A stretch of 64,000 bases of DNA, taken from positions 49,354,001 through 49,418,000 of the forward strand of contig NC_086108.1 in assembly GCF_963921235.1 (NCBI RefSeq). Reading direction: 5' to 3'. Positions 14,038-27,436 of this stretch are shown here, one piece after another. The notes below the pieces were generated by a model that saw nothing but the letters and a program-made list of their open reading frames with translations, had not been told where the DNA came from and did not search any database. Positions within the stretch are counted from its first letter, which is position 1; every line of letters starts with the position of its first letter. The position numbers and the translations under genes are program-made. This DNA comes from Mobula hypostoma (Eukaryota).

Positions 14038-14876
14038 GTACCTCTTCCTAGAGATGCTGCCTGGCCTGCCTGCGTTCACCAGCAACTTTGATGTGTGTTG
14101 CTGTATCTTAGATGTGCTTCCTGTTTTTCGCCACAGGGATAGCCATTGTCTGGTTACACATTAACTGCCTCCTCCCAGTGACCTGAAGAGTTGCTCTGAA
14201 ATGCACAGTGCATGTTCCAAAGACAATGCAGGCAGCAACATCAGCCATTATTCATAGTCTCTTTTTAAGCTTACAAGAGTGCAGTTGGGCACTTTGGTCA
14301 GTAGGCCAAAGGGCCTGTTTCCGTGCTGTATAACATTGTGAATTAGTGAAGAGACTTGCCTCTCAAACACAGCTAGTTTCCTCTGTTCCAACATCAAAGT
14401 CAATCTGACCTGAGTCATCAAGCTGCAGTATGCAGACAGTATTTGCTTGCTTACACATTTGGAGACAACATGAAGTCTTTGGACTTCAGTTTGGATTGGC
14501 TCATCCTTTCAAGCTTCATTTATTGCAAGGTCTGCAGATATTAAACTTGCTTTATCAGCTACTACTCGATCCATGGACTGTAGTATCTTGGAAGTAATTA
14601 GCAGTTTAAATATGCCATTTTATTGAATGGTTTAATTATGCAGTTTGTACTTGGATATAAAGCACAAAACTATATGTTCTTCCATTTCAATTACAATTTA
14701 TACTCCATGTTAATCAAAGTTTTATATAAATCATTGCAGAAAATGGGCCGTTGTGAATGTTTTACAAATGTATTTGGTTATACTGACAGTTCCTGGTGGA
14801 TAATTTCCTGACTACAACAAACTATAATTATGCATGTGATAGAGTGCTAACGTAGTTATTCTTTGCTCACTTACAG

Positions 14877-15007
14877 GAATGGGTGACAGCCACTGATATC
14901 AAAGTGACCTTGAATAGGTTGAACACCTTTGGGGATGAGGTTTTTAATGACCCGAAGGTTCTGAAGTCCTACTATTATGCTATTTCAGACTTTGCAGTTG
15001 GCGGAAG
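14877..15007 (+). CDS. LAMC1: Laminin subunit gamma-1, internal coding exon (end of LN domain; probably exon 3)
   Basis: ttacAG|GAA...GGA AG|GTactt; 131 bp; encodes [44 protein letters not shown], which I recognise as nearly identical to vertebrate laminin gamma-1; phase 0 in, phase 2 out. Confidence 0.95.
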
Positions 15008-15053
15008 GTACTTTTGTTTTCCCATTACTTCTGACAATTTTTTTTTTAAAAGT

Positions 15054-15187
15054 GCAGGTGAGGTCTTTCGTTAAGTAAGTGCATGAAAAGAGTAGAAATA
15101 TAATGCCAGAATTCTGCATGCTGTAAAAGAGTTGGCATTAGATTTCTATTCTTTTCATGCACTTTCTTAACAAAAGAGTTCACCAGC
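15054..15187. repeat. Inverted repeat/hairpin, 55-bp arms, 24-nt loop
   Basis: 15054-15108 vs reverse complement of 15133-15187: 48/55 identical, two of the differences are G-U compatible. Confidence 0.85.
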
Positions 15188-15389
15188 AGGCATTTTATAT
15201 GTTTTTAAGATTTTGAAATACTTAGTTGTGTGTGTTAATTTTGGAAATTCAGTGAAGTTTTTCTTAAAAAGCAGGATTATATCACAAATTCAAGAATACA
15301 TAAATGACAGTCTAATCTCATTAGTTGGAAACCCTTTGGGGACAGCAATCTAGAGCAAAATAAAATGATGGAAGGAACTATATGAATAC

Positions 15390-15670
15390 GGGGGCTATGC
15401 TACATAGCTGTTTGCACAGCGCCACAACAGCTTGGGGCATCGGAGTTCAGAGTTCAATTCCAGCGTCCTCTGTAAGAAACTTTGTATGTTCTTCCCAAGT
15501 CCAGGTGTGTTGCTGGGCAGCGTGGCTAGAAGATCCTATTCCACACCATATCTCTAAATAAAGTTCCCAGGATAAGGCTTTCCTTTCCAGAACATCAAAC
15601 ATGTCCTCCTCCTTCAAAGAACGGGGTTTCCCTTCCTCCATCTTTGATGCTGCCCTCACCCTCATCTTTC
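15390..15670 (+). mobile_element. SINE fragment followed by a PLE RT fragment
   Basis: tRNA-like B box (GAGTTCAATTCC), then sequence similar to the PLE at ~12930-13040 (SFFKERGFPSS). Confidence 0.5.
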
Positions 15671-16764
15671 CATGAATAGCAAGAAATGAATCTCAAGGTG
15701 ATATATGGTAACATATGTACTTTGATAACAAGTTTGCTTGAGCCATATCATGCTTTCTATCAAAGCATACTATTAAGCTATTACTTTTGCTGTAATATGC
15801 ACTTGTTTTTATTTGCATTGGCTGCGAGCATTGTTTGGCACAGCAAAGTTCCAGCATTCATTCATTGTACCATTGACATGCAGTGGTTGCTGTGTGTACT
15901 ATATACAAACTGCACAGCAGTTAATGAAGCAGACTGCTTCAGCAGCACTTTACAGATCTGTGATGGAAGAGAGTGTGCACATGGGAATAACATTCCAATT
16001 AAACTTTAAGTTGCGTAATTGTGACTTGGAAATGTACTGTCAATAAGTCTAAAACCTGGATTTCTCTATCCAAAACGTTTTAGGAATGCTTTTAGTTTAC
16101 CACGGCTCCATTGAGAAATGAAAATAAATGCTGTCATTGCAAACAACAGCATTGGGAAAAGATAATGAATTATTAAAAAGTAAAATTGTAATACAGACGA
16201 CTCTCCCACCCCCAATGTGACCATTTGGTTATGAAAGAATTTGCAAATCACTTTTCAAATATTTCAGCTAGGGAATAAAATTCATTTTCATGGAATTTAT
16301 GGGGTAGTAGATAGGCTAAATGCACAATGTGGAGTCTGACATTGCACGCTGCCATCCAAGGTGCTTGAAACATAAAACTTCAGAACTGTTCATTACTAAG
16401 TCGAAGAATTACTGTAGAAAGGCGATGGAAAGCTGCTTCCATGTCTTGTTGGCTTAAGATATTTTTTAACTTTATTCTAATGGTAGAGAAAAATTAAATT
16501 TGAATCCTTATTTAGACTATTATTAATATATTTTGTGATTGCTACATTTGCAAGTTTGATAAAATAAAATGCAATCAAATCAAAGGTGGTGACACCTGAA
16601 CTTTTTTCATACATTCAAAGTTCAAAGTAAACTTATCACACAACATATATATTACCATATACAACCTTGAGATATATTTTCTTGTGGTTCTTTTCTTTCT
16701 TGGTTTAGTGACCACCTGCAGAAGAATAATTTCAGAGTTATATACGTTGATAATAAGGGAACCT

Positions 16765-17585
16765 TTGAATCTGCATTTAGGAGGGAGATTGAAAATCTGG
16801 TTGTGTGGTGCCATAACAACAACCTCTTACACAATGTCAGCAAAACCAAGGAGCTGATGATTAAGTTCAGGCGCAGGAAACTGAATGTCCATGAACCAGT
16901 CCTCATTGGGGGATCAGAGGTGGAGAGGGTCCGCAACTTTAAATTCCTCGGTGTTATCATTTCAGAGGATCTATCCTGGGCCCAGCACATAAGTGCACAA
17001 GAAAAGCATGGCAGCATTTCTGTTTCCTTAGAAGTTTGTGAAGATTTGGCATGACATCTAAAACTTTGACAATCTTCTATAGTGGTGTGATCTAGAGTAT
17101 ATTGACTGGCTGTATCACTGTCTAGTATGGTGACACCAATGTCCTTGAAAGGAAAATCCTACTAAAATTTGTGGGTATGAACCAGTCCATCACGGATAAA
17201 GCCCTCCCCACCATTGAGCAGTCTACAAGGAGCATTGTCACAGGAAAGCATCAGGGGCCCCCGCCAACCAAGTCATGCTCTCTTCACACAATTTCACGCC
17301 TCATCGCTCAGCTGTTCCAACAACCTATGGACTCATTTGCTCAGACCCGTCATCTTAAGTTCTTGATATTTATTGCTTATTTGTTTATTATCATTTCTTT
17401 CTTTTTGTATTTGCACCGTTTGTTGTCTTTTGCACACTGGTTGAATACCCAAGTTGCTGCGGTTTTTCATTAATTCTTATTATTGTATTATGAATTTATC
17501 GAATATGCCTGCAAGAAAATGGATTTCAAGGTTGTATATGGTGACATATATGTACTTGGATAATAAATTTTCTTTGAACTTTAAA
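16765..17585 (+). mobile_element. Rex1/Babar-like LINE 3' part
   Basis: WCHNNNL..NVSKTKELMI.FRR...VERV.NFKFLGV.ISEDLSW; 3' tail ...GATAATAAATTTTCTTTGAACTTT. Confidence 0.7.
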
Positions 17586-18689
17586 AATATGAAAAACATA
17601 AAAATAGAGATATCAACATTCTCTATACTGAGAATATTGAATGTTACTAAACCTAAAATTATTGGGTGAACTCGCATAAATGTTGTGGGCATTGGGACTA
17701 ACTATTCACTCTTCACCACAGATTTACAAAAATTCACACAAAATGACATGGTGGCCTTTACACTAAATAGGAGTCTAAAAGATATTTGTTCAATATTCTT
17801 TAAATGAGAGAAATTTTTTTCCCTGTCCACCTCCCCACATTCAATTCTCCCATTTTTATTTATTACCTTTCCTAATATAGTTAATCACCTAATATAAGCA
17901 GTTTATTTCCAAGTTAAGTATGTATAATTTTGTGGTGTGGATGAAGTGGAAGTATGTGGCCTCTTGACAGTAAAATTGCATTTATTTTGGCAGAAGTCAA
18001 AACATTACTTTGACACTGTTTTCCCACAATTTTTGTATTCAAGGGCAGAATATATGGAATAGATCTCCGAAACCTATCTGGCCACACAAGTCTGTGTTGC
18101 AAATTAATTTTTGGCACTTTAGAGAAGGCGTATGTGGAATGCTGAATAATTTGTCAGCCACTATAACATTTCTTGAAGCCAACATACAGGACTGATATTT
18201 TGAATAATAATTTAACAACTGCAATAAAAACTACTGTGCATTAAAGATACTGGCAGGAATAATACCATCAGTATCAAACCAATAATTATTTAAAGGTTCA
18301 AAGGTTAATTTCAAAGATTCAAATTGAAAACTCGTTCTTCAAAATTCTGGCCCAGAGCAGATCAATGGAATAGCAATTAATAAAATTACTGGTTTTAATT
18401 TATCTTCATTTTTTTTCTTATATTACTTTATTATCCCCTTGTGCCATAATCCCATATTCTTTATGCTCTAACCTTTTTTTTTGTTCTGTTCTCCCCTTCT
18501 CTCCTTTTCTGTATCATAGAACTTGTTTATCTTTAGCTTATTGTAGCTCTGAGTTCACTGATCAGGAATCAAAGCTGTTTCTCTCTATATAAATTCATAG
18601 CACTTACTGCACTACCTGTCTTTTTAATAAGGAGTTTACTAGTCAACTCAATATTTCAAGAACTTTCAGTTCTTTGGCCTAGATCGCCT

Positions 18690-19790
18690 TTTTCTAAACT
18701 ATGGACATCTAGTCCCATAACACTTCCACCCCCCTTCAAGGAGGGCCTTTCTGTTTCTTTCTGCACAAGAGACCCAAGTAGTTGCCCTTCAGCACCACAT
18801 CCTCCATCAGGTGGAGCTGGTTCTTGCCCTCAACAATTTCTCTTTTGGCTCCTTCCACTTTCACCAAGACAAAGACGTCGCCATGGTCACTTGCATGGGC
18901 CCTGGCTATGCCTGTTTTTTTGTTGGCTATGTGGAACAGTGCTGATTTTAAGCGTACGATGCTATATTAAGGATTGCATTGGTGCTGCTTCCTTTGCCCA
19001 TGCTGAGCTCATCAATTTCATCAACTTCACCTCCAGTTTCCATCTTGCCCTCAAATTTACTTGGCCCATCTCTGACACTTCTCTTTCCCTTCTCAGTCTC
19101 TCTTCTCAGTCTCTCTGCCTCCATTTCTGGAGGCAGGCTATTCACTGACATCTTTAAAAACATGTCTTTCACAGCTAGCTTGGCTACACAACTTACTAAC
19201 CCATCACTTGCAAAAATGCTACTCCCTTCTCTTAGTTGCTATGTCTCCGCTGCATTTGTCCTTGGAATGAGGCTTTCCATACTATAACATCTGAGATAAA
19301 TGAATAAGATTTCCCTTCTATCTCCATCAATACTGCCCTCATCTACATCTCCATTTACCACACATCTGTCCTCACCCCATCGTCCCACCTTCATAACAGA
19401 GATAGGTTCCCCTTAACCTATCAGCCACAAGCCTTCATATCCAGTGCATTACTCTCCATAACATCCACCATCTCCAATGGGATCCTGACACTAAGCACAA
19501 CCAATCCACCCTGCCCAGGTTTCTATAGGAATTGCTCTCTACCTGACTCCTTTGTCCACACGTCCCTCTATGCTGATCCCCCTCCTGGCACTTATCCTTG
19601 CGAGAGTGCCAGCTGCTAAAGCTGTCCCTACACACCATCATTTCAGGGCCCCAAACTATCCTTCCAGATGAGGCATCACTTCACCTATGGGTCTCGTCTA
19701 TTGTATCCGGGTGCTCCCGATGTGGCCTCCCCTACATCATTGTGGCGACACAGATCAGAGGACTGATTTATCAAGCACCTTCACTCTGCC
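18690..19790 (+). mobile_element. Old, degenerate PLE copy
   Basis: Colinear similarity to 12330-13550 (YIKDCIGAAS...HLALKFTW). Confidence 0.75.
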
Positions 19791-19824
19791 CACCACATTT
19801 CTCGTCACTACACTACAGAATGGC

Positions 19825-20265
19825 ATTTAATGGAGAAAGACTGCAGAGGCACTTCACCAGGATGTTGCCTGGATTAGAGGACTGTAGTTATGGGGAGAGT
19901 TTGGATAGGCTGTGTTTATTTTCTGTGAAGCAAAGTAGTTTGAGGAAGCTTATAAGAGATGTTGGGTAGAAATTCAGGGGTACCAAGAACAAGGGCATAG
20001 ATTTATGGTGAGAGGCAGTTTTAAAGGGAATTTGAGAGAAAAGTAAAGTTTTCTTTTTGTTACAGAGAGTGATTGTAATTTGGAACTTGCTGCCAGGGAA
20101 GATGATGGTATCAGACACAATTGCTACATTTAACAGCCATTTAGACAGGTATTTGAATTGGCGAGACATATAACAATATGAACCTAATGTGGGCAAATGG
20201 GACTAGTATAGTTTGGCGTGAATGTGTGGGCTGAACAGCCTGTTTGTATAGTGTACAACACTATA
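19825..20265 (+). mobile_element. CR1-like LINE 3' end
   Basis: ERLQRHFTRMLPGLE..SY.E.L..L.LFS motif. Confidence 0.75.
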
Positions 20266-20930
20266 GCTCTGACTTTTTCTCAAATCTGCCTGGGACTTAT
20301 CTGCATAATTTTCTCCAGCTCAATATTGTGCTAAATGTATGGCTCATTCTGGACTGTTGAGTACCACTAAATTGAAATGCTGTACCATTGACACCCATGT
20401 GTTTTGGTATCATACCATTATGGAAATACTTCCTCGCACCATGGTCCAAACTCTCCCTTTTTAAGATGCTCCTTAAAATCAAGTGTTGTTCATATTCACC
20501 AATGTCATCTTCTCTGACTTGGCGTAATTTTTTTTATTACTCTGCTGTAAAGCTTTGTAGAACTTCTTTTGTATTATGTGGTTGGCGAATGCTGTAGGTA
20601 GATACTATGTGATGCCATGTCGTTCAAGATGAAGTGTTTAATATTGTTGAATTGATGTTAGTTATCCCAGTAGAAGCTGTTCATTTAGTAGAATTCTTGA
20701 ATTAATGTCTCTGTATCTGAATGCTTGAGGAGAATGGCCTTTACGGGGAGCTGTGAGGGATTCTAAAGGTGGTTAGCCAGTTTTTTTTTAATGTAAGATA
20801 ATTTCAGTGATTTTTATATTCTGTTTTGTTTTCTCATCTTACAGGGAAGTGATACCGAGAGAATATTGTAAATGTCATTTTAGGGAAGCAGGGAATTAGG
20901 AACTTTGTCCCATGAATTGGAATTGCAATA

Positions 20931-21772
20931 CGGGTCCACAATCCCTTATCTGAAATCCTTGGGGCCAGTTGCATTTCAGAATTCAGAATTTTTCAGATTT
21001 CAGACCCTCCCCCCCCCCCCACCGATACCAGAAAACACGTATGCTCAAGTTCCTTATTTAACCTGTCTCAGTGCAGTGGACTTTAGGACCCAGCGGCACC
21101 CCAAACCTACGCACATCCTCCCATATACTTTAAATCATCTCTAGATTACTTGTAATACCTAATGCAATGTAAATGCTATGTAAATAGTTGTTATACTGTA
21201 TTGTTTAGGGAATAATGACAAGAAAAAATTTTATTTCCAGCAAAAGCATTCAATAAAACGTAAAAATATACAGCTTCAAACGAACTGAATCAAACACGTG
21301 GTAAATTACTTATTGGAATAAATGTAGAACGTCACTGTTACTATAAAACTTCAGTAATTTGTTTTTCTGTTTATTTAAATCATGTGCAGTGGTAGCTCCG
21401 ACACTATTTTCTTCAGTAAGACGCTGCACAGACACACCACGATCAAGCTTCTGCAATAACTCCACTTTCTGTGTTATTGATAATGAAACAGATGCTTCCT
21501 TCTGTTTTTCTCATTGTTACCCATAGGGGTATCTGCAGCTCTTTTTGACATTTTCATATTGAAATTAAACACAAAGTCAACAGTGAACACAAAATATCAG
21601 CAAACAGCAAATGCATGTGTAACCAGTACGAGCGCTGAGCCACAACTGACTTCTGGCGGCCTCTGTTAGTGCTGCCACGTCACATCTGAGTGACATCAGC
21701 TGTTGGCAAAAAAAACTTCGGTTTTCGGAGCTTTTTGGATTTCAGAATTTCAGTTAAAGGAATGTGCACCTG
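20931..21772. mobile_element. Tc1/mariner (Tigger/pogo-like) non-autonomous element
   Basis: TA|CGGGTCCACAATCCCTTATCTGAAA ... TTTCAGTTAAAGGAATGTGCACCTG|TA. Confidence 0.75.
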
Positions 21773-22745
21773 TAATTACTTTAATGTCAATGTCTTTGAT
21801 CATTTACATCTTACAAGAAAGGAGCTAATATCAAACATTCACTGTTAGCGATACCAAATGTCAAAAATGTCAAATAGTCTTGTATCAGTAACGTGAGAAT
21901 TCAGTTCATTGACAAAGAGTTGTGGCGAGGAAGTAAGGATAAGATTAGTTCTAAAATTGGTCATTAGTTTAGAAATATGAAAGGTCATTCAACCTCTTCA
22001 GCTTTGCCATTGCCACTACATTCCAAAATCTGTGTAAACGATTTTATAAAACAGATGTGCCTTACTGCCCTGAAATTTATTGCATAAGTTTTAAGTTTCA
22101 TATGACTATTAGGTCGTGGCGCCCTTTGAATGGCTATTGTTACCAGTTGGCAATTTCTCAACTGCGTGACTAGGATATCTTACTCAGACACAGAAGAGGT
22201 GAGGATACCCACTGGAGTGGCTTATGCCATCCCCATCTGATTAGTCTAGGTTTAAGAAACCCAATTTCAAATAATAGATAGAGACATAAAGGAAGCAGGT
22301 CCTTCATCCCGTCTGGTCCATGCTGGCCAAGGTGCCAAATTGGTCTTATTTGAAAGCATTTAGCCCATGATCTTTAAAGCCTTCCTTATCTGTGTATCTG
22401 TCCAAATATCTTTTCAAAGTTGATACTGTACCCGCTTCAACCACTTCCTCTGACAACTCTTTCCATCCACTTGCCACTCTCAATGTTTAAAAACAAAAAT
22501 GATCCCTCAAGATCCTATTAAACCTATATTCTTTAGTTATTGATTTCCAATCCTGGGGAAAGAAAAAGATTGAGTGTGTCCCCCCCTCCATCTCTGCATG
22601 TTAATTATCTTATATACCTCTGCAAGATCTCAGAATTCTCAACATCTCCTTTGGCAACTGGATCCTTGACTTACTGCAGTCGGTAAGGCTAGGCAGCAAT
22701 ACTTCCGGCACAATTATGATCAACACTACAAGGCTGTATCCTCAG

Positions 22746-23784
22746 CTATGTTCCCTCTAGGCTGTGCGCGTACACACGTTTTTCAACCAGCGCACAAAAG
22801 AAATTAATGTGCGCACAAAAGGTTAGTTACCTAAAATAATGTAGTAATTAATAATTATACTTATTGAAAATAATCTTTTAGCTAAATGTTTCTGTTAACT
22901 AGTTAGTTGGTTTTTCAAATACCACAATGCACATCACTAATTTACGTGACCTCGCCTTTCCTGTTCCGGTTTGTACAGCTGCATCATAGCAGCAGCCATC
23001 TTTGGCGGACAGTGTTCATATCATAAAGTTTACAAAGATCTGTTTCAAATCCTGTAGATAGCTTACTCAGTTTTTATTGAAAACAATATTGATTCACTTT
23101 GTCGAATTCAAAAGAAGTGAAGGGCGTGAAGCGCAAAAGAACTACAAATTTGTTTAAAGTTGAATGGCTTAACAAAATAGTAGAAATTGCTATTGCGAGA
23201 GGTCATGAATGTTCAGCTATGAGAAATATTTATGTATGATTTGGAAACTGGAGTTATCTCTTTGTATTGTCGTGATGCGAAAGTTGCTGTAGAATTTGCT
23301 AGTGGAAAGAAGTGGGATGATATTTGGAAACTTGACTTTTTGAAGCATCATTTGGCAAGTAAATCGCATTTTGACGGTGTACAAAAGCTCAGGCAACAGA
23401 ACCTGTCATTACCCGTTACAGGAGTGCTACGCATGTTACGGTTGAGTGCAGAAACAAGCTGAGAAACCGTTTAGGTGAATGTCATTTGGATATGTTAATA
23501 AGAATCAAATGCTATCAATTGGATGGAAGTTCTTTTAGTCTAGATAGAGTTTACAAAGAATGGGTAAATGCCAAAGACAGGAGAGAGAAAAAAATAAATG
23601 AGTGACTTAAATATGTATGTTATTTTGTTGTTATTCTGTGCAGTTTTATGTCAAATATTTTGTAAACCTACATAAACTGTGCCATGTGTGCATTCAGTGC
23701 ACACACACTTCTGTCACAGGAAAAAAATTTGCACAACATAAGATTTTTCTGCACACTGACTACTAGAAATTAGAGGGAACATTG
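22746..23784 (+). mobile_element. Internally deleted hAT transposon
   Basis: TIR CTATGTTCCCTCTA / TAGAGGGAACATTG; 8-bp TSD ATCCTCAG (22738-22745, 23785-23792); remnants of a TTF-type zinc finger (FKVEWL...YCRD...LKHHLASKSH) and C-terminus (NRLGECHLDMLIRI). Confidence 0.85.
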
Positions 23785-24599
23785 ATCCTCAGCCCCCTAC
23801 ATTCATGACTGTGTGGCCAGATTTTTTCTTAACTCCATCTGCAAGTTTGTAGATAATACCACCATCATGGGCCATATCTCGAATAGCAATGAGTCAGAGT
23901 ACAGGTCAGTGATAGAGAGCCTGGTGACATGGTGTCATTGACAACAACCTTTCTCTCAATTTGTCAGCAAAACAAGAGCTAGTCATTGAGCTTTTCATTG
24001 ATCCCTTTCACCAATCAACGTCCCGGCTCTTTACTTCACTCCCTCCCCATTTCACTTATCACCTACCACCTTATAGTTTTTCCTCTCTTTTCCCCAGCTT
24101 CTTGCTCTGGTCTTCTCATCTGGCTTTCCAGTCCTGATAAAGGCTCTCGGCCCAAAACTTGGACTCTTTACTCTTTCCATAGATGCTGCCCGGTCTGCTG
24201 AGTTCCTCCAGCATTTTGTGGGTATTCGCTTCAAGTTACAATGAGTGAGCATTGCCTTTAGCCTGTCCTGGTACAATCATGCCAACTCCAGGATGAAGAA
24301 AGCTCACCAGTCCCTCTACTTCCTTAGGAAGCTAAATAACTATTTACTGATGCACAATAGATGATGTTCTGTTGGGTGGACAACCTACCAGGAAAACGTG
24401 CAGTGACGAGGGCTCTGGCACTGAGTCTAGCTCCGTGGCTCAAAAGGGAAGGGGTGGGGGGAAGAAGGGAGAATGGTGGTAATAGGGAATTCATTAGTTA
24501 GGAAGCAGCCAGATTCTGTGAGCATGAAAGAGACTCCAGGATGTTATGTTGCCTCCCTTGTACCACGGTCAAGGACTTCGTAGATTGGGTCCACATCAG

Positions 24600-26150
24600 A
24601 ATGAATAGCGTTGGTGCCGAGACACAACCCTATATGACCCCATTTGAGACAGGGAAGGGTTCAGGTGTCTCACCATTGTCCTGAACTCTTGCCTGCATGC
24701 CATCATGGAATTGCACCATGATGATGAATTTCCTTGGGCGTCCATATTTCACCATGATCTTCACCAGATCCTCTCTACTAACAGTGTCAAAGGGCTTAGT
24801 CAGATCACTTAGCAAGAGAATAGTCAGTGTTCTGCTCCTGACATTTCTCTTGCAGCAGATACCATGTCTTTAGTCCCATGGTCTTTCTGGAATCCACACT
24901 GAGTAGCTAGTAGGAATCCTCAATCAAGTGCGATGTGAGAAGGTTGAGAAGAAGCCTGGCGAAGATCTTGCCTGTGATAGCCAGAAAGGATATTCCCCAA
25001 TAATTGTAGCAGGACTGTTGATTGTCTTTCACTTATTCAGGTGGATGATGGATGGATCTGTAAATTCCGGTGAAATCGTCTCTTGCTGCCACACGAGTTG
25101 GAAGAGCTGATGAGCTTTTCTGTTAGCACTGCACCACCTTCTAGGCCTCAGCTGGTACTGTGTCTGATCCAGGCTCTTTGCCACTAGAGAGCTGATGTAT
25201 CGCTTTCCGAGCCTTGGCTAAGGGTGGTGGGACATACAGTGCTTCATTTTCAGGTAACTGGGGCAGGTGATCAGTGACTTAGTCACTTTCAGTCAAAGGA
25301 TGATTCAGAGCACTGTTAAAGTGCTCAGCTCACCAATGTAGAATTTTCTGTTTGTCCATGATCAGTGCATTCCAATCAGCGCTAAGAAGAAGGGACAATC
25401 TTGATGGTGTGGGGCCATAGACTTCTTTTAGTGCAGCACTGAAGTTCTTTAAATCATACTTATGTATACGCCTGGATCTCATCAGCTTTATTGCTCAGCC
25501 AGGAACCCTGCATCAGGCACAGTTTGCATTGTACAGTCCTTCGTATATTGTTGAAGGAAATCTTCTTTGAGATGGACTTGAGGAAAGCTTTGTGAAGATG
25601 ATGTTTCTCATCCAGCAGTTGTTTGATGTTGACACAGTTTTCATCAAAACAGTCCTTGTGCTTTCTGGTAGCATGCCCCATGATCTCTGTAGCAGTGTTG
25701 TAGATCAGCTCTCGAAGGGTTGAATTGACCAAGCAGTTTCTATTCTGATTGTCTAGAGGGATGGAATTCAAGTGGTCTGCCAGAGTGTCATCAAAAGACT
25801 GAGTAATGTTGCTGCTTTTCAGCTTGAAGACATTCGGCCGTCTTAGGGGTTTCTTTCCTTGTGGGCGTGCCTTGGGTTGGATATGGATGTTCAGTTTAGA
25901 AATTGAGATGGTGGGTTGTTCAGCATTCAGCACCATAGATTTTGTCACCCTTACATCCTGCCTGTCTCTCTTCCTGACAATAACGTCAATTAGATACCAG
26001 CGCTTATAGCGTGGATGCATCCATGAAGTTCTGTTACAGCTGGGAAGATGGAAGACAGCGTTGGTGATCAACAATTCATGTTCGGCACATGTCTGGAGTA
26101 GTAGACGACCACTGCTGTTGTAGTGGCCAACACCGTAATTCCCAATATGC
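24600..26150 (-). mobile_element. RTE-clade LINE fragment
   Basis: TSWMHPR.K.W.LID.IVR.RDRQDVRVTK (endonuclease) and DLTK.FDTVSRE.L.KI..KYG.P.KFI (RT). Confidence 0.85.
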
Positions 26151-26957
26151 TGTGGAACACACGTAGCATCTATAGGAAGTTATACTTCAGGAAGGCAGCA
26201 TGTATCATGAAGTTTTCAAGGATCCCCACTATCGAGATCATAGCTTCTTCACGCTACTACAATCAGGCAACAGGTATGGAAGCCGGAATCCCACTCCACC
26301 ATGTTCAGAAACAGCTACCTTTCTACAGCCATCAGCATCTGGAGCCGACCTGCACAACCGTAATCCTGTGTCAGCAGTGGAACACCATGGGCCTCTTGCA
26401 CCAGTATGGGCTTGTCTCCTGCTGTGACTTTTTGCACCATTGTATTGTAAAGTTCTGTTTTTGTGCTGCCTTATGTAATTTATGTATTATGTATAATTTA
26501 TACTCCGTGTGTTGCCTGTGATGCTATTTAAGCAAGTTTTTCATTATACCTGCAGTACCTGTGCCTGTGCAGATGACAATGCACTCGACTTGGTTCTGAC
26601 TTCATTCTGGGATTATTATTATGAAACTGTGGCCACCGTGGCCTGTGAGGAGAATGCAGAGATGCTTCAGGATAGAAAGGCTCCCTGAATGAGCAAGCAC
26701 TTGAGAGATGGAGTATTCTGAATTCACCCACTGGTGATTTTCTCAGAGGATGTTTGACAAATGAGATATTGAGAAGTGCTAATGTTCAGAGGGAAATGTT
26801 TCTTTGAAAGTCAATGGGCAGGTCAAGCAGGCATTCAGGAAACCTAAGACATACAATATAATTCATTGCAAATGGATTAAGGTACAAGATTAAGATTGAT
26901 GATGGTAATTGTATAGGGCATTGGTGAGACTACACCTGAAAAATTCATTGAAACATA

Positions 26958-27410
26958 CGAGGGGTGATTGATAAGTTTGTGGCCTAAGGTAGAAGGAGTT
27001 AATTTTAGAAAACCTAGCACATTTATTTTTCAACATAGTCCCCTCCTACATTTACACATTTAGTCCAGCTGTCATGGAGCATACAAATCCCTTCTTTGTA
27101 GAAGTGGTCCACAGCAGGGGTGATTGATAAGTCCGTGGCCTAAGGTAGAAGGAGATGAGTTATACAGCTCTCATTACATGCACATGCAGTTCAACTCTTT
27201 GAGTGATTATGCAGAAAGTTAGAAGTTAATAACTCATCGAGGGCGATTGATAAGTTAGTGGCCTAAGGTAGAAGGAGATGAGAGGAGAAGAAGGAGAACT
27301 TCAAACTTGCTGCATAATCACTCAAAGAGTTGACCGGCATATACATGTAACGAGAGCTGTACAACTCATCTCCTTCTACCTTAGGCCATGAACTTAACAA
27401 TCACCCCTCG
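26958..27410. mobile_element. Mariner-derived MITE with internally reiterated termini
   Basis: TA|CGAGGGGTGATTGATAAGTTTGTGGCCTAAGGTAGAAGGAG ... CTCCTTCTACCTTAGGCCATGAACTTAACAATCACCCCTCG|TA; sits within a CR1 remnant (~26640-28480). Confidence 0.85.
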
Positions 27411-27436
27411 TACAACATTTTTAAAGGGCTTGACAA

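Larger units (their letters stand above)
9801..14100 (+). mobile_element. Penelope-like element (Neptune-type), near full length, with inverted 3'-end copy at left (9801-10642)
   Basis: TSD CTGTATCTTA (9791-9800, 14101-14110); RT motifs PKIHK, GRPIVS, MDVQSLY, GVAMG, RYIDD, FLDL, YKPT; Cys-rich linker CKQNKCYTC; GIY-YIG endonuclease VIYCIRC..C..LYIGET. Confidence 0.93.
22640..26600 (+). mobile_element. Rex1/Babar-like LINE copy broken by several nested insertions
   Basis: Segments 22640-22745 (QGCILS), 23793-23990 (..KF.D.TT...WC..NNL), ~24230-24370 and ~26165-26600 (3' end) are colinear. Confidence 0.6.

Noticed and set aside
26958..27410. Spaced ~40-nt direct repeats resembling a CRISPR array
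   Set aside because: Vertebrate intron, irregular spacing, inverted terminal copy and TA TSD identify a MITE; no cas genes
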